Assembly: GCA_963662665.2 (NCBI GenBank)
Contig: CAXXJS010000036.1
Span: 1-64,000, forward strand
DNA length: 64,000 bases
Direction: 5' to 3'
Source: Candidatus Latescibacterota bacterium
Lineage (GTDB): Bacteria > Latescibacterota > UBA2968 > GCA-2709665
The translations under genes were made by a program, and so were the position numbers. The notes under the pieces were generated by a model that did not search any database, had not been told where the DNA came from, and saw nothing but the letters and a program-made list of their open reading frames with translations. Below, piece after piece: positions 20,073-29,023 of the stretch; within the stretch, counting starts at the first letter, position 1, and each line of letters opens with the position of its first letter.

Positions 20073-20421
20073 AGAGTGGGTGTTGCTTCTTGCCGCTGAT
20101 GCACTCTGGAAAGCGCTCCGGGAGGCCATAGTGCCGGTCTGCCTCGCCCCCTTCGAGGTGGGACTCGCAAACTGAAGGCGGGAAATTACAGCGTGCCGCG
20201 CAACTTTGTCAAGGGATATCTGCTCCGTAAAACTCTGAATGTCGGGCATGAAGGATGGAACGGTGGGGTGTTCCGGGGATCTGCCGTATGTCGCGTATCA
20301 ACTTAAAAAGGCCGAAGCGCCTGGCGCCCTCGGCCCTCTGCTGCATCCTTGCCGGTAATAATATAACAATAATCGCAGATGAAATCAATAAATTTAAATC
20401 CTTTAAAAACAAAATATTATA

Positions 20422-20450
20422 TTGACTTTTTTAAATCCGTTTCGTATTTT
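20422..20450 (+). promoter_or_regulatory. sigma-70 promoter with AT-rich upstream tract
   Basis: TTGACT-17 bp-TATTTT, with an IHF-like AATCAATAAATTT at 20383-20395. Confidence 0.55.
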
Positions 20451-20540
20451 TCAACTCTTGGACGATTCGTTCCACTACTTGGCCCTCCTTTTCCAGCACT
20501 TGCTGGAGGGATCTCACTGTATTTGCGGGAAGGGGTGTCT

Positions 20541-21566
20541 ATGGTCCGGAAACCGATCATTCACGGGCGGAAGCGATGCGAGGTCTGTGGGGTTGAGATA
20601 CCGAAGGACCGTAAGGTGGAAATGCCCGGCGTATCGACCTGTGTACAGTGTCAGAAGGAGCGGGAGCAGCGGAAACTCGCAGAGGTCAACCCGGACGAAC
20701 CCGCAAGTGAATCGTCCGGCACGTCGACGTTCCCTGAAGGGAGTACGGTGGAGGTAAAGGGAAATCTGGTGCTGTCGGGGAATTGGTCCGGTAATCTGAT
20801 TGACCTGGCCGCACGCGAAGGGGAGTTGAGGCAGTTATTGGCCACGGGTGAGGTCGAGCGGGGTCGAACGCTGGTGCAGTCGCTTTCAGTGGGGGAACAG
20901 GCCGCGCTGGTAGCGATGAGTGGTTCGCCGGAGGAGGTGCTCTCTTTGACCGGCGCAGACGGTTCCGGCGTCCCGGGCTACAGTCGCGACGTGGTGGCAC
21001 TGCTGCCCGCCGAGTCCCTGGGCAATCTGATTTCGCTTAACCCCGAAGAACAGAAGTTCAATACGGAGCTGATCCGGGCGATGTCCCCTGTTGTATTGCG
21101 GCGCACCATGGCGGAAACCCTGGACCGGGTTGACAATCCCGACCTGCGTACGCGCGTATCCTGGGAGTGGCTGCAGGCCCTGGCGACGCTCAAGGAGTTC
21201 GACCGCCGGGCGGAGTTGTTGCGCGCCGTGGATCCGTCACACTTAGAGGATGCGCTGCTGGACCGCCTGGGACACCTGAAACTGAACGAGGTTGTCGGCT
21301 TCGGCGGCTTCCAGGTCTATCGATTCCGGCTCTTTTCCACGGAGGGGCTGGGCGGAACCCGTCCCAGCGCCTTTATCGACGATCCGGAAACCGGCGACGT
21401 GCTCGACGCCCTCTACGAAGCCGCGCCCGCCCTGCTTTCGGAAGTTATTCGTGGGGCGTGGGAACGGTCGCTCGCCGAAGACGACGAGGAAAACGGAGGC
21501 GGGCAGCCAAATCCGGAGCGCAAGGAAAACGGAGAACAGACGGATGAACGTCCTGGCAGGCGTTGA
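20541..21566 (+). CDS. DksA/TraR-type C4 zinc finger fused to an uncharacterised helical domain
   Basis: CEVCGVEIPKDR..MPGVSTCVQCQ. RBS GGAAGGGG. Confidence 0.7.
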   Translation: MVRKPIIHGRKRCEVCGVEIPKDRKVEMPGVSTCVQCQKEREQRKLAEVNPDEPASESSGTSTFPEGSTVEVKGNLVLSGNWSGNLIDLAAREGELRQLLATGEVERGRTLVQSLSVGEQAALVAMSGSPEEVLSLTGADGSGVPGYSRDVVALLPAESLGNLISLNPEEQKFNTELIRAMSPVVLRRTMAETLDRVDNPDLRTRVSWEWLQALATLKEFDRRAELLRAVDPSHLEDALLDRLGHLKLNEVVGFGGFQVYRFRLFSTEGLGGTRPSAFIDDPETGDVLDALYEAAPALLSEVIRGAWERSLAEDDEENGGGQPNPERKENGEQTDERPGRR

Positions 21567-22446
21567 CTTTGAAAAACTCAGGATCGGGTCGGAGGGGTTC
21601 CTGGGTCAGGCAATCGACCTGGGGGTCAAGTACGGAAGACTGCCGGACCATACTCCGGATATTCTGATTGCCTATTTGCGTACTGTAGGGACAAGATTTG
21701 GCCAGCGGTACCGGACCGGGATTGCCGTTTCGCGGGACGTGCTGGAGCAAGGGGTGCGTCAGACGCTAGTCAGCCTCGAACTGGGTCTTGCGGTCGCCGC
21801 GCGGAAAGACCTCAACCGCGCCGTGGATCTGCTTGCCGAAGGCGATCTCGAGAATATTCGCAAAAGAGGCTGGGAGGAAGCGTACGCGCGGCTGGCGGAG
21901 ATGGGTCGCGTGTGCCGCTCGATCACAGGACGGCCGGAGTCGCGTCTAATGCGGGATTATGCTTCGCAGATCGACCGCTGGTCCCGCGTGGTCCCGGAGA
22001 ACTGGATGGTTACGGGTGGGGAGGACGAAGACGAAGACCACGTGGACCCGCTGAAGGATTACGCCGGGTTTCGGAGACTTCACGCCCGGTTGAACTTCAT
22101 CCGGCTTCTTCCGTCGTCAGTCCTGCAACCCTTTGCCGAGGCCGTGGACGAGTGCGGGTTCAGTGACTTCGTTCGACATCTGATTCTGGCGCTGGCGCTG
22201 GGCCTTGAGACACTGGTTCCCTGCACGCGTGATATAGCAGCCTTCGAATGCGATTGTCTCGGCTCTGAAGGCGTGGCGGCCTGGGCGCGCGACAAAGTGA
22301 TGGTGAAGGTGAAGGAAATGGCGCGGGAGGCGGTTGATGATTCGCACCTGCGGATGCTGTTGATGCAGGAGGTGGAAGACGAGATGGCTTGTCTGGCAGG
22401 GCTCCCGGCTGATTCGATTGCGGACGCGTTCGTGACCGGTTCTTGA
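21544..22446 (+). CDS. hypothetical helical protein (DUF6178/DUF6179-like)
   Basis: ATG 21544 with GGAG RBS, overlapping the upstream gene. Segment LELGLAVAARKDLNRAVDLL recalls these families. Confidence 0.55.
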   Translation: MNVLAGVDFEKLRIGSEGFLGQAIDLGVKYGRLPDHTPDILIAYLRTVGTRFGQRYRTGIAVSRDVLEQGVRQTLVSLELGLAVAARKDLNRAVDLLAEGDLENIRKRGWEEAYARLAEMGRVCRSITGRPESRLMRDYASQIDRWSRVVPENWMVTGGEDEDEDHVDPLKDYAGFRRLHARLNFIRLLPSSVLQPFAEAVDECGFSDFVRHLILALALGLETLVPCTRDIAAFECDCLGSEGVAAWARDKVMVKVKEMAREAVDDSHLRMLLMQEVEDEMACLAGLPADSIADAFVTGS

Positions 22447-22492
22447 GCCTGTTCGGTCGGGGAGTGGTACCGACCGCCGTACCAAGAGCAAC

Positions 22493-23992
22493 TCAGGATA
22501 CCGATTTTCCGAAATGCCTGGCAAAGGTCAGGAAGTCGGGGAAGTTGATCTGCCCGTCCCGATTCAGGTCGAACATCGGATCGAAGCCGGTGGTGCCATC
22601 CTGCCTTCCGAAATGCCTGGCAAAAAGCAGGAAATCGTTGAAGTCCACCCGACCGCTGGCGTCGAAATCAGCCCGGACGATCGCCTCCCGTTCCCAGGTG
22701 CGTATTCTTCTCATGAACGCGAGAATTGCATTGGAATCGACCAATTCGTCGCTTTCCATTATCAGTACGTCCCTCCCGTCCTGCGATACGGCAATCGATC
22801 CGGAATCGGACGGGTATTTTAACGTAAGCAATTCACGATAAGCTTCCGCGAAGTCGTCCGCGTCGTCTTCCGTATCCCAACTCGTGTAGAGCAGCAGCAA
22901 CAGGTTCCGTCCATCCTTCGACCGGAATACGGCGTACCGGTCTCCGTTCCATCCTTCCGCCGCCGATTCGCCACGAACATCCATGTCAAAATCGGCGAAA
23001 ATGATCCGCCAGGTCAGTTCTCCGATCGTGTCCACGTCCAGCAGATTCCAGTTTTCGAACAGACCCGCTACCTGAAATGGCGGCCACGTAAACCGGTCCG
23101 GTTCTTCCCGGTCAATCCATTTCTCCGGATGCAGGATCTGCTCGGTTGAAACGGGCGGCTCAACGTAGAGTCGATTGACGGCACTCCATCCGTCCCGCTG
23201 AATCTCGTGGACGAAATTCATGCCGTAGGTGTAGACGACAGCCTGTTGTAACAACATGAAATCCGGAAGTTTATCGATTGTCTGCAGCGCTTGCGGTGAA
23301 CTGCCCTGTAACCGCGCAAGCTCCTTCATATTGTTCCGGAGCGTCTCCGCGTCAAACAGCAGTTGATCGCGGATCATGCTCCGCAACAGCCCGCGAACCG
23401 GCATGCGTCCGGTCCGGCTATACAAATACCAGATGGTCTCGACGTACGTCGCGTCGCCTTCCCCGACCGCCTGTCGCGCGAGCTGTTCGTCGGTATTCAA
23501 CGAATTGGCGTGCGCCGGCAGGTACCTGTTGAGGTCGAAGTGCTGGTCCTGCAGACCGTGGCAGAGTTCGTGCGCTAAAACGACGTCGAGCAGACTCGCG
23601 GGAAGGTTTTCTTTCAGGATGTAGAATCTGTCTGTATCCGGATCGTAATACGCGAGCGCGCCAGCTTGCAGGAAGGAGAGTACAAGTGAGCGATCGAGGA
23701 CGGCGTCACCGCTGTAAAGACCCAGTTTTCGAATCACCGGGTCGTAATTCTCCCACTCGGCAGCGGTAAATTGCTGATCCATCTGGCGTTCGGCGTACGC
23801 CTTGAAGTCGGATGGACTCTGCACCGCCACGTCGATTGGCCACTTGAACGCAAGCTCCCGGATCTCTGAGACCTCGTCCTCGATCTCTCTGGCTCTGCGT
23901 CTGAGTTGCGTAAGTTCCTGCGTCCTGGCGGGGACGTCCGTAAGGACGACGACGAAACAGGCGAACGACGCCAGAAAGCGAAAGAAGCGCAT
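22493..23992 (-). CDS. secreted zincin-like metallopeptidase with C-terminal dockerin-like double EF-hand
   Basis: Signal peptide, AHELCHGLQDQHFDL, EGDAT, STEQILHP, and tail DFDASGRVDFNDF..DLNRDGQINFPDF. Confidence 0.75.
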   Translation of the reverse strand: MRFFRFLASFACFVVVLTDVPARTQELTQLRRRAREIEDEVSEIRELAFKWPIDVAVQSPSDFKAYAERQMDQQFTAAEWENYDPVIRKLGLYSGDAVLDRSLVLSFLQAGALAYYDPDTDRFYILKENLPASLLDVVLAHELCHGLQDQHFDLNRYLPAHANSLNTDEQLARQAVGEGDATYVETIWYLYSRTGRMPVRGLLRSMIRDQLLFDAETLRNNMKELARLQGSSPQALQTIDKLPDFMLLQQAVVYTYGMNFVHEIQRDGWSAVNRLYVEPPVSTEQILHPEKWIDREEPDRFTWPPFQVAGLFENWNLLDVDTIGELTWRIIFADFDMDVRGESAAEGWNGDRYAVFRSKDGRNLLLLLYTSWDTEDDADDFAEAYRELLTLKYPSDSGSIAVSQDGRDVLIMESDELVDSNAILAFMRRIRTWEREAIVRADFDASGRVDFNDFLLFARHFGRQDGTTGFDPMFDLNRDGQINFPDFLTFARHFGKSVS

Positions 23993-24005
23993 TCTGATCC
24001 GACCT

Positions 24006-24416
24006 TCAATTACCGGATTCTTTTTCTGCAGCGCGGCGGCGGGCTTCTCGGCCCTTATCGGGGGTAGGATCTCTTACGAGCCCGTAGGATTCCCTGCCTT
24101 CATGACCTTCCGGCAGGTATTCTGTGACAGGCAGGCCTTCGGGGGTAACGAAGAGCAGGCAATGGCAGTATTTGTAAATCTTCATCTCGTCGCATGCGCA
24201 GACCCATTCCCTGCTGCGTTCGAGTTCCGCCTTTTTGTCGGGGTAAAAATTGCACGGGCACAGCGGACGCCCGAGTTCGTCGACGTGTGCCGCCAGACCG
24301 TTGACGACGGCTTCTGTGATGCCGTTGTCCGGATGGCCGGTGGTGCCGGTTTTCTCACAATATTTCTCGAAGTAGACCCACATTCGCTTCAGGCTCTTTT
24401 CCGATGGCTGGTCCAT
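24006..24416 (-). CDS. ferredoxin-thioredoxin reductase catalytic subunit-like protein
   Basis: CPC..CAC..CHCLLF motif. Confidence 0.85.
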   Translation of the reverse strand: MDQPSEKSLKRMWVYFEKYCEKTGTTGHPDNGITEAVVNGLAAHVDELGRPLCPCNFYPDKKAELERSREWVCACDEMKIYKYCHCLLFVTPEGLPVTEYLPEGHEGRESYGLVRDPTPDKGREARRRAAEKESGN

Positions 24417-24585
24417 TGTGAATCTCCGGTGGGTTTGGGGGTGTCAGGGGCGCAAAATTCAAATCCCCGGCGTTGCCGGGGACATTTGGCCTTGTCGCGG
24501 CGAGTTCCGTCGTTGCGTCCGACAGCCTCAATAGGCATGCAATCGGGACAACGATGCCTCGGCTGGCGACTTTCTCAACGGCCTG

Positions 24586-25401
24586 TTAAAGCAGACCGTT
24601 GAGATAGTCCATTGACTTCCTGAGTTCGGCTTTGGGGTCGCTTCCGGACGGTATCGCGCATTCAAAGCCACAGAAATGACGATAGCCGATTTCATCCAGA
24701 GCCTGAAGCGCAGGCCTGAAATCGGTATGCCCGTAACCTGGAAGGATCCGGTTGCTGTCGGCCAGATGCACGTTGGCGATCCATTCGCCGCAGTTGCGAA
24801 TGGCCTGTGCCATATCGGACTCTTCAATGCTCATGTGGAAGAAATCGGCCATTAAGGTGACGCCGGGACTGTTGACGGCGTTGCAGATCTCAAGCCCGTC
24901 CGCGAGGGTGCACGGCCACCACTGTTCGTATCGGTTGAGCGGTTCTATGATGACGCAGCATCCGCAGGCTTCGGCGTGGGGGGCGATTTCCTGCCGGAGA
25001 ATTTCCGTGAGAAGACGTGATTCCAACTGGGCAGTTGTGGAAAAAGGGGATAGATCCGGAATACGGTGCCCATTCTGAAGTTTAATAGCAATCAGTGGAG
25101 GGAATATGACCCCGACGCCGCCCAGGTCGCCGCAGAGTGTGAGCGCGTCTTTAAGGTCCTGCGCCGCCCGCTTTCGTTCCGCGAGCCGTGCATCCAGAAG
25201 GCCCATCGTTCCCCGGATTGAAAAAATGTTGGGGGTGACGCCCGTTTCCTCAGATGCCTCGCGGATTTCGTTGGCGTATTCAACCGAGCTGCTGGATGTG
25301 ACTTCAATGCCTTGAACGCCGATTTCCGCGAGGTTACGGAATTTTTCAAGGATAGACTTCCCTGGCGCCATATTCTCACGGATGGAGTATTTCAGCGGCA
25401 T
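24586..25401 (-). CDS. sugar phosphate isomerase/epimerase
   Basis: IEPLNRYE, ADFFHMSIEE, HLADSNR..PG.G. Confidence 0.88.
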   Translation of the reverse strand: MPLKYSIRENMAPGKSILEKFRNLAEIGVQGIEVTSSSSVEYANEIREASEETGVTPNIFSIRGTMGLLDARLAERKRAAQDLKDALTLCGDLGGVGVIFPPLIAIKLQNGHRIPDLSPFSTTAQLESRLLTEILRQEIAPHAEACGCCVIIEPLNRYEQWWPCTLADGLEICNAVNSPGVTLMADFFHMSIEESDMAQAIRNCGEWIANVHLADSNRILPGYGHTDFRPALQALDEIGYRHFCGFECAIPSGSDPKAELRKSMDYLNGLL

Positions 25402-25488
25402 ACGGGTCTTCCGGGGTGGCTGAAAACGGGCTTGCGGATCGGGGCGGAACGGCGGCGTTTGGGGGTGGAATCCCTTCACGATTTGCGA

Positions 25489-25517
25489 AATATAGGATCT
25501 GTAACGTGAATTGTCAA
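25489..25517 (-). promoter_or_regulatory. sigma-70 promoter
   Basis: Minus strand TTGACA-17 bp-TATATT. Confidence 0.65.
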
Positions 25518-25590
25518 GAGATGCACCGGCGGCGTTACCGGGACCAATCGAATCTCTCGTCGGAATCGGGCGAGTCGGGACCGGTTCGCA

Positions 25591-28143
25591 TCACGCTTTG
25601 ATTGAGGGAGTCAATCTGGCGCTCCGGATCCTTTCGATCCGGAACGTCCGCTCGCCCTTTCGGTGCCGGCAATATCCGTAGAGTACGCCATGATCCTCGA
25701 AGATCGGCTCAATCGAGCGAGGCGTTGCGGTGACATTTCGTTCGGGGAGGTAGTCGATCTCGAGGCAGAGACGATGGTCGATGGCATACCCGATGAGACT
25801 TCTGATGTCGGCCTCGCCGGTGGCGGGATTGGCGCCCGGGTATTGAACAAGCGCCTTGATGCCGTCGCGCGGCTGCCCGCCCCGGACCAGCGATTCAAAA
25901 GTCTTGTTATAGTCGTTCACCGCGTCATGGCAATCGCCTTCTGAAATGCTCCCGAGACTCCTGCGGAGCCGCTTCAGTAGACGACTGAGGTCCTCCGGAA
26001 GAGGAACCGATCGTGCGGCGAAAGTCTGAACGGCGGTTTCGAGAAATCCTGCCAATTGTAACAGTTCCGAACTATTCAGCACTATCTGGTGTTGTTCGTC
26101 GGTCGACTCCTTGCACGTCATGTTCGGCATATAGCCACGCTTGTTCAGGGCGTCCAGAAGTTCGTCGACGCGCGTCGACGGGTCTATCGCGGCAACAGTC
26201 GGTGAGAGCCGTATTCCGAGAAGAGAAGCGATTTTTTTTTGTATGAGGAGTTCGTCCAGCAGTTCCGGCCGATCGCTGACAAGATAACCGGAAGCCGGCG
26301 AGATTTCGATTTCGCCGTGTTTGTTTTCGCACTCCCGTATCAGGGCGTCCACCGTCTCCGGCAACCCGGTGGCGCTGTGGGTCCGAAGAAATCCTCTGAG
26401 GGAAGCGCCGTTCCAGCCTCTGCCCATTGCGACGTGGACGGATTGAGGGGTAATCCGGAACCTTCCCAGGACGTCGACTTCTTTGAGTTCCGCAATGGTA
26501 AAAAGCCGGATGTACAGGGCAAAAGAGAGATCGGGCGGAGAAAGGATTTCAAGATTTGGCTGAAGGACAAACTGTCCGGCCGGACGGGTCTCCGTTTCTC
26601 CGGGTATATTCGCGGGATCACGTCCTTTGAGGAGGGCCGCCGCGGGGGCGGTGAGTTTAAAGACACCCGGGTGGCGCGGCTCAAGCGGCTCGCCGAACGC
26701 ATCGGGGTTTCCCAGGCTGACCAGACCTATCCACGTGAGTGCCGAAACGAGTATACGCCGGAGCAGTTCGTCGGCGTCGCCGCCGACCGAGTCGCGACCC
26801 GCAGGGGGGCGTCCATCGAGGTGGGCGAAGGTTTCCGACCTGCGCGTGAGCAACGTGTAAAACTGAGGGTACGATATCCAGGTGTCCTCGGGACAGTCGG
26901 CGAGGCAGTCGAGCAGGTCGCCACGAAGCGCTCTCAGCGTATCGATCCTGTTGCGGACTCGCCCGCCGGAACGTTCCGCAGTCCACTCATTCCATCTTTC
27001 TGTTTCGCGCCAGACCGTAAGCAGGGCGTTTCTAATGTCAAAAACTCCCGATAGTCGGTCGGCAGCGTCCCCGGCGAGACGCCACGTTCTGGCGTCGCAC
27101 CGGATGAATCCGGACGTTTCCGCAAACAGGAGTAGAAATTCGGAATAACCCGGATCTACGTGGCCGCGGTAATATTTGCTGACGTCCCTGAGCCGGGCTC
27201 TGGATATTCCGCCATGTTTGAGCGCACGCGGCCTGCGCTGCTCGATAAAACCAAGAAGGGTGCACAGGTTGGGTACCAGGCATGACGTGTGTTCCCGGGT
27301 CTGCGAGGGATTCGGTCCGGTGCTAACGGCTATTTCACCGACTGTGTCCTCGATCCGGTCGTCCAGGGACTGGATTTCCGGCTTCAGGTCCGAAGCCAGA
27401 CGCAGTGGCGTATCGCCCGTCAGTCGATCGCTTGAATGAAAAAACAGGGGCGTTTTCCAGATAAACTCGTCCAGTGCTCTAAGTCCCCCTTCTCCCTGGA
27501 GACACCGGACTTCGTCCTGTGTAATTGCATCTCTGGCGAGAGCCAGATCGAGGATGGCTCTTTTTGTCTCAGGCAGATCCAGGATGTAAGTCTTCAGATG
27601 CTCCGGATCCAGTAGCCGGTTACGTACAGCGCGCGTCACAAAGGCGCGGCGAGCATCTTCGTTCGGACAGCCCAGTTCGCCTGCAAATGCGCGAAGCAGT
27701 CCGATGGAACGGGATTGCATCAGACGGCGGAGCCGACCCTGAACCTTCGCCGGCAGGGCAACGGCCTTGAGGACAGGCTCGGGAATTCCAACCAGGCAAT
27801 TTTCTGCGCCGAGGGTTTCCACGTCTTCGAAGACCAGACCCATATTGGAAGCTGCATCCTGCATCTTCTGAAACCGATGGGTAAAACCCGCCCCTAACTC
27901 TTCGATGGCGTCGTCCTTAAGCAGTTCGCCGCCCTCAGCGGCCAGATTGACGACAAACTCCCGATGTTCGGGCTGTAGCGAATCCAATCGTTTCCGGATC
28001 TGCGACGGGTTGGAAAGATGCCGACACATCAGGTCTATCCGGACCGTTTTGTTGGCTCCGTGATGAATCGCCAGGCCGGTGGACGCGGCGATCCGGCGGA
28101 GCCTGTCAATGGGCTGGTGGCTGAGTACGGCTCTCAATTTCAT
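25591..28143 (-). CDS. helicase-associated (XPB-partner, Helicase_C_3-like) domain protein with C-terminal WYL domain
   Basis: VLQPNLEILSP..FRITPQSV..G....LRGFLRTHS..GLP, and C-terminal IEP....YGYCRHRKGERTFRIERI. Confidence 0.8.
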   Translation of the reverse strand: MKLRAVLSHQPIDRLRRIAASTGLAIHHGANKTVRIDLMCRHLSNPSQIRKRLDSLQPEHREFVVNLAAEGGELLKDDAIEELGAGFTHRFQKMQDAASNMGLVFEDVETLGAENCLVGIPEPVLKAVALPAKVQGRLRRLMQSRSIGLLRAFAGELGCPNEDARRAFVTRAVRNRLLDPEHLKTYILDLPETKRAILDLALARDAITQDEVRCLQGEGGLRALDEFIWKTPLFFHSSDRLTGDTPLRLASDLKPEIQSLDDRIEDTVGEIAVSTGPNPSQTREHTSCLVPNLCTLLGFIEQRRPRALKHGGISRARLRDVSKYYRGHVDPGYSEFLLLFAETSGFIRCDARTWRLAGDAADRLSGVFDIRNALLTVWRETERWNEWTAERSGGRVRNRIDTLRALRGDLLDCLADCPEDTWISYPQFYTLLTRRSETFAHLDGRPPAGRDSVGGDADELLRRILVSALTWIGLVSLGNPDAFGEPLEPRHPGVFKLTAPAAALLKGRDPANIPGETETRPAGQFVLQPNLEILSPPDLSFALYIRLFTIAELKEVDVLGRFRITPQSVHVAMGRGWNGASLRGFLRTHSATGLPETVDALIRECENKHGEIEISPASGYLVSDRPELLDELLIQKKIASLLGIRLSPTVAAIDPSTRVDELLDALNKRGYMPNMTCKESTDEQHQIVLNSSELLQLAGFLETAVQTFAARSVPLPEDLSRLLKRLRRSLGSISEGDCHDAVNDYNKTFESLVRGGQPRDGIKALVQYPGANPATGEADIRSLIGYAIDHRLCLEIDYLPERNVTATPRSIEPIFEDHGVLYGYCRHRKGERTFRIERIRSARLTPSIKA

Positions 28144-28235
28144 AGGGTACCGTTGGTCTCTGCGTTGTCGATACGTGAGAATTCCGCAAAAACGAAAAAA
28201 ACCGACTCCCACAGGCCGGTAGACCATCATAAAGC

Positions 28236-28264
28236 AGTATAGAATAAATAGTAAGCGTTGTCAA
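28236..28264 (-). promoter_or_regulatory. sigma-70 promoter of the WYL-domain gene
   Basis: Minus strand TTGACA-17 bp-TATACT. Confidence 0.7.
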
Positions 28265-28396
28265 GTCGCAATACCCGGGTAGCGTCCGAACAATAAAAAC
28301 AGGAATTTCGAGCGTCCCGTTTGTATATTGACGCGTCGCCGGGCAACGAATTCATCCGGGCTTCGCACGCAGAACACCGAAACCTCCCAGGGACCC

Positions 28397-28996
28397 ATGA
28401 CCCTTCTTTGCGCTCAGCGCGTCGTGGCGCGCGCGATCTCGGCCGTACTCAGTCCTCCGCTCGCGGGGGCCGGCATGTCGATCCTGCTGATTTCCGGTTT
28501 CCGTGCGCCAATGTTGCATCGGGCCGGCTGGCTGGGCATCTGTCTGTTATTTGTAACCTGTTTACCGACGCTGTATGTTGGCCTCCTGGTTGCGCGCAAG
28601 GAGGTGGATGGATTCTTTATTGCAATTAGATCGCGCCGCCAGACGCCGCTGCTGGTCAGTTCCGCGAGTTGCTTCGCGGGATTCTTGTTGCTGCGGGCTA
28701 CCAACGCTCCCCCGTCGGTTACTGCGTTCCTGCTCAGCTATGCCATGTTGGGACTGGTAGCCGCCGGGATGAACGCGCGATGGAAAATCAGCTTGCACGC
28801 GGCGGGCGTGTGCGGTCTGTTGGCGATGCTTCAACATTTGCCAGGGACTTCGGCCATTTACTGGCTTCCGTTGCCGATTGCGGTCTCGTGGGCGCGTATC
28901 GTTCTTGGCGCGCACTCGATTCCACAGGTTGCGGCCGGAGGCGGGATGGGCTATCTGGTCGTCCGGGTCGTGGCCGCCCTGTATACTTCTGTCTGA
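28397..28996 (+). CDS. PAP2-superfamily membrane phosphatase-like protein
   Basis: WKISLHA and WARIVLGAHS..QV motifs, with TM helices. Confidence 0.7.
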   Translation: MTLLCAQRVVARAISAVLSPPLAGAGMSILLISGFRAPMLHRAGWLGICLLFVTCLPTLYVGLLVARKEVDGFFIAIRSRRQTPLLVSSASCFAGFLLLRATNAPPSVTAFLLSYAMLGLVAAGMNARWKISLHAAGVCGLLAMLQHLPGTSAIYWLPLPIAVSWARIVLGAHSIPQVAAGGGMGYLVVRVVAALYTSV

Positions 28997-29023
28997 ACCG
29001 TGGAACACCACGTCTCGAGTCGA

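Noticed and set aside
22509-22624. Direct repeat CCGAAATGCCTGGCAAA
   Set aside because: It encodes the duplicated FARHFG of the EF-hand pair. It is not a CRISPR or att repeat.
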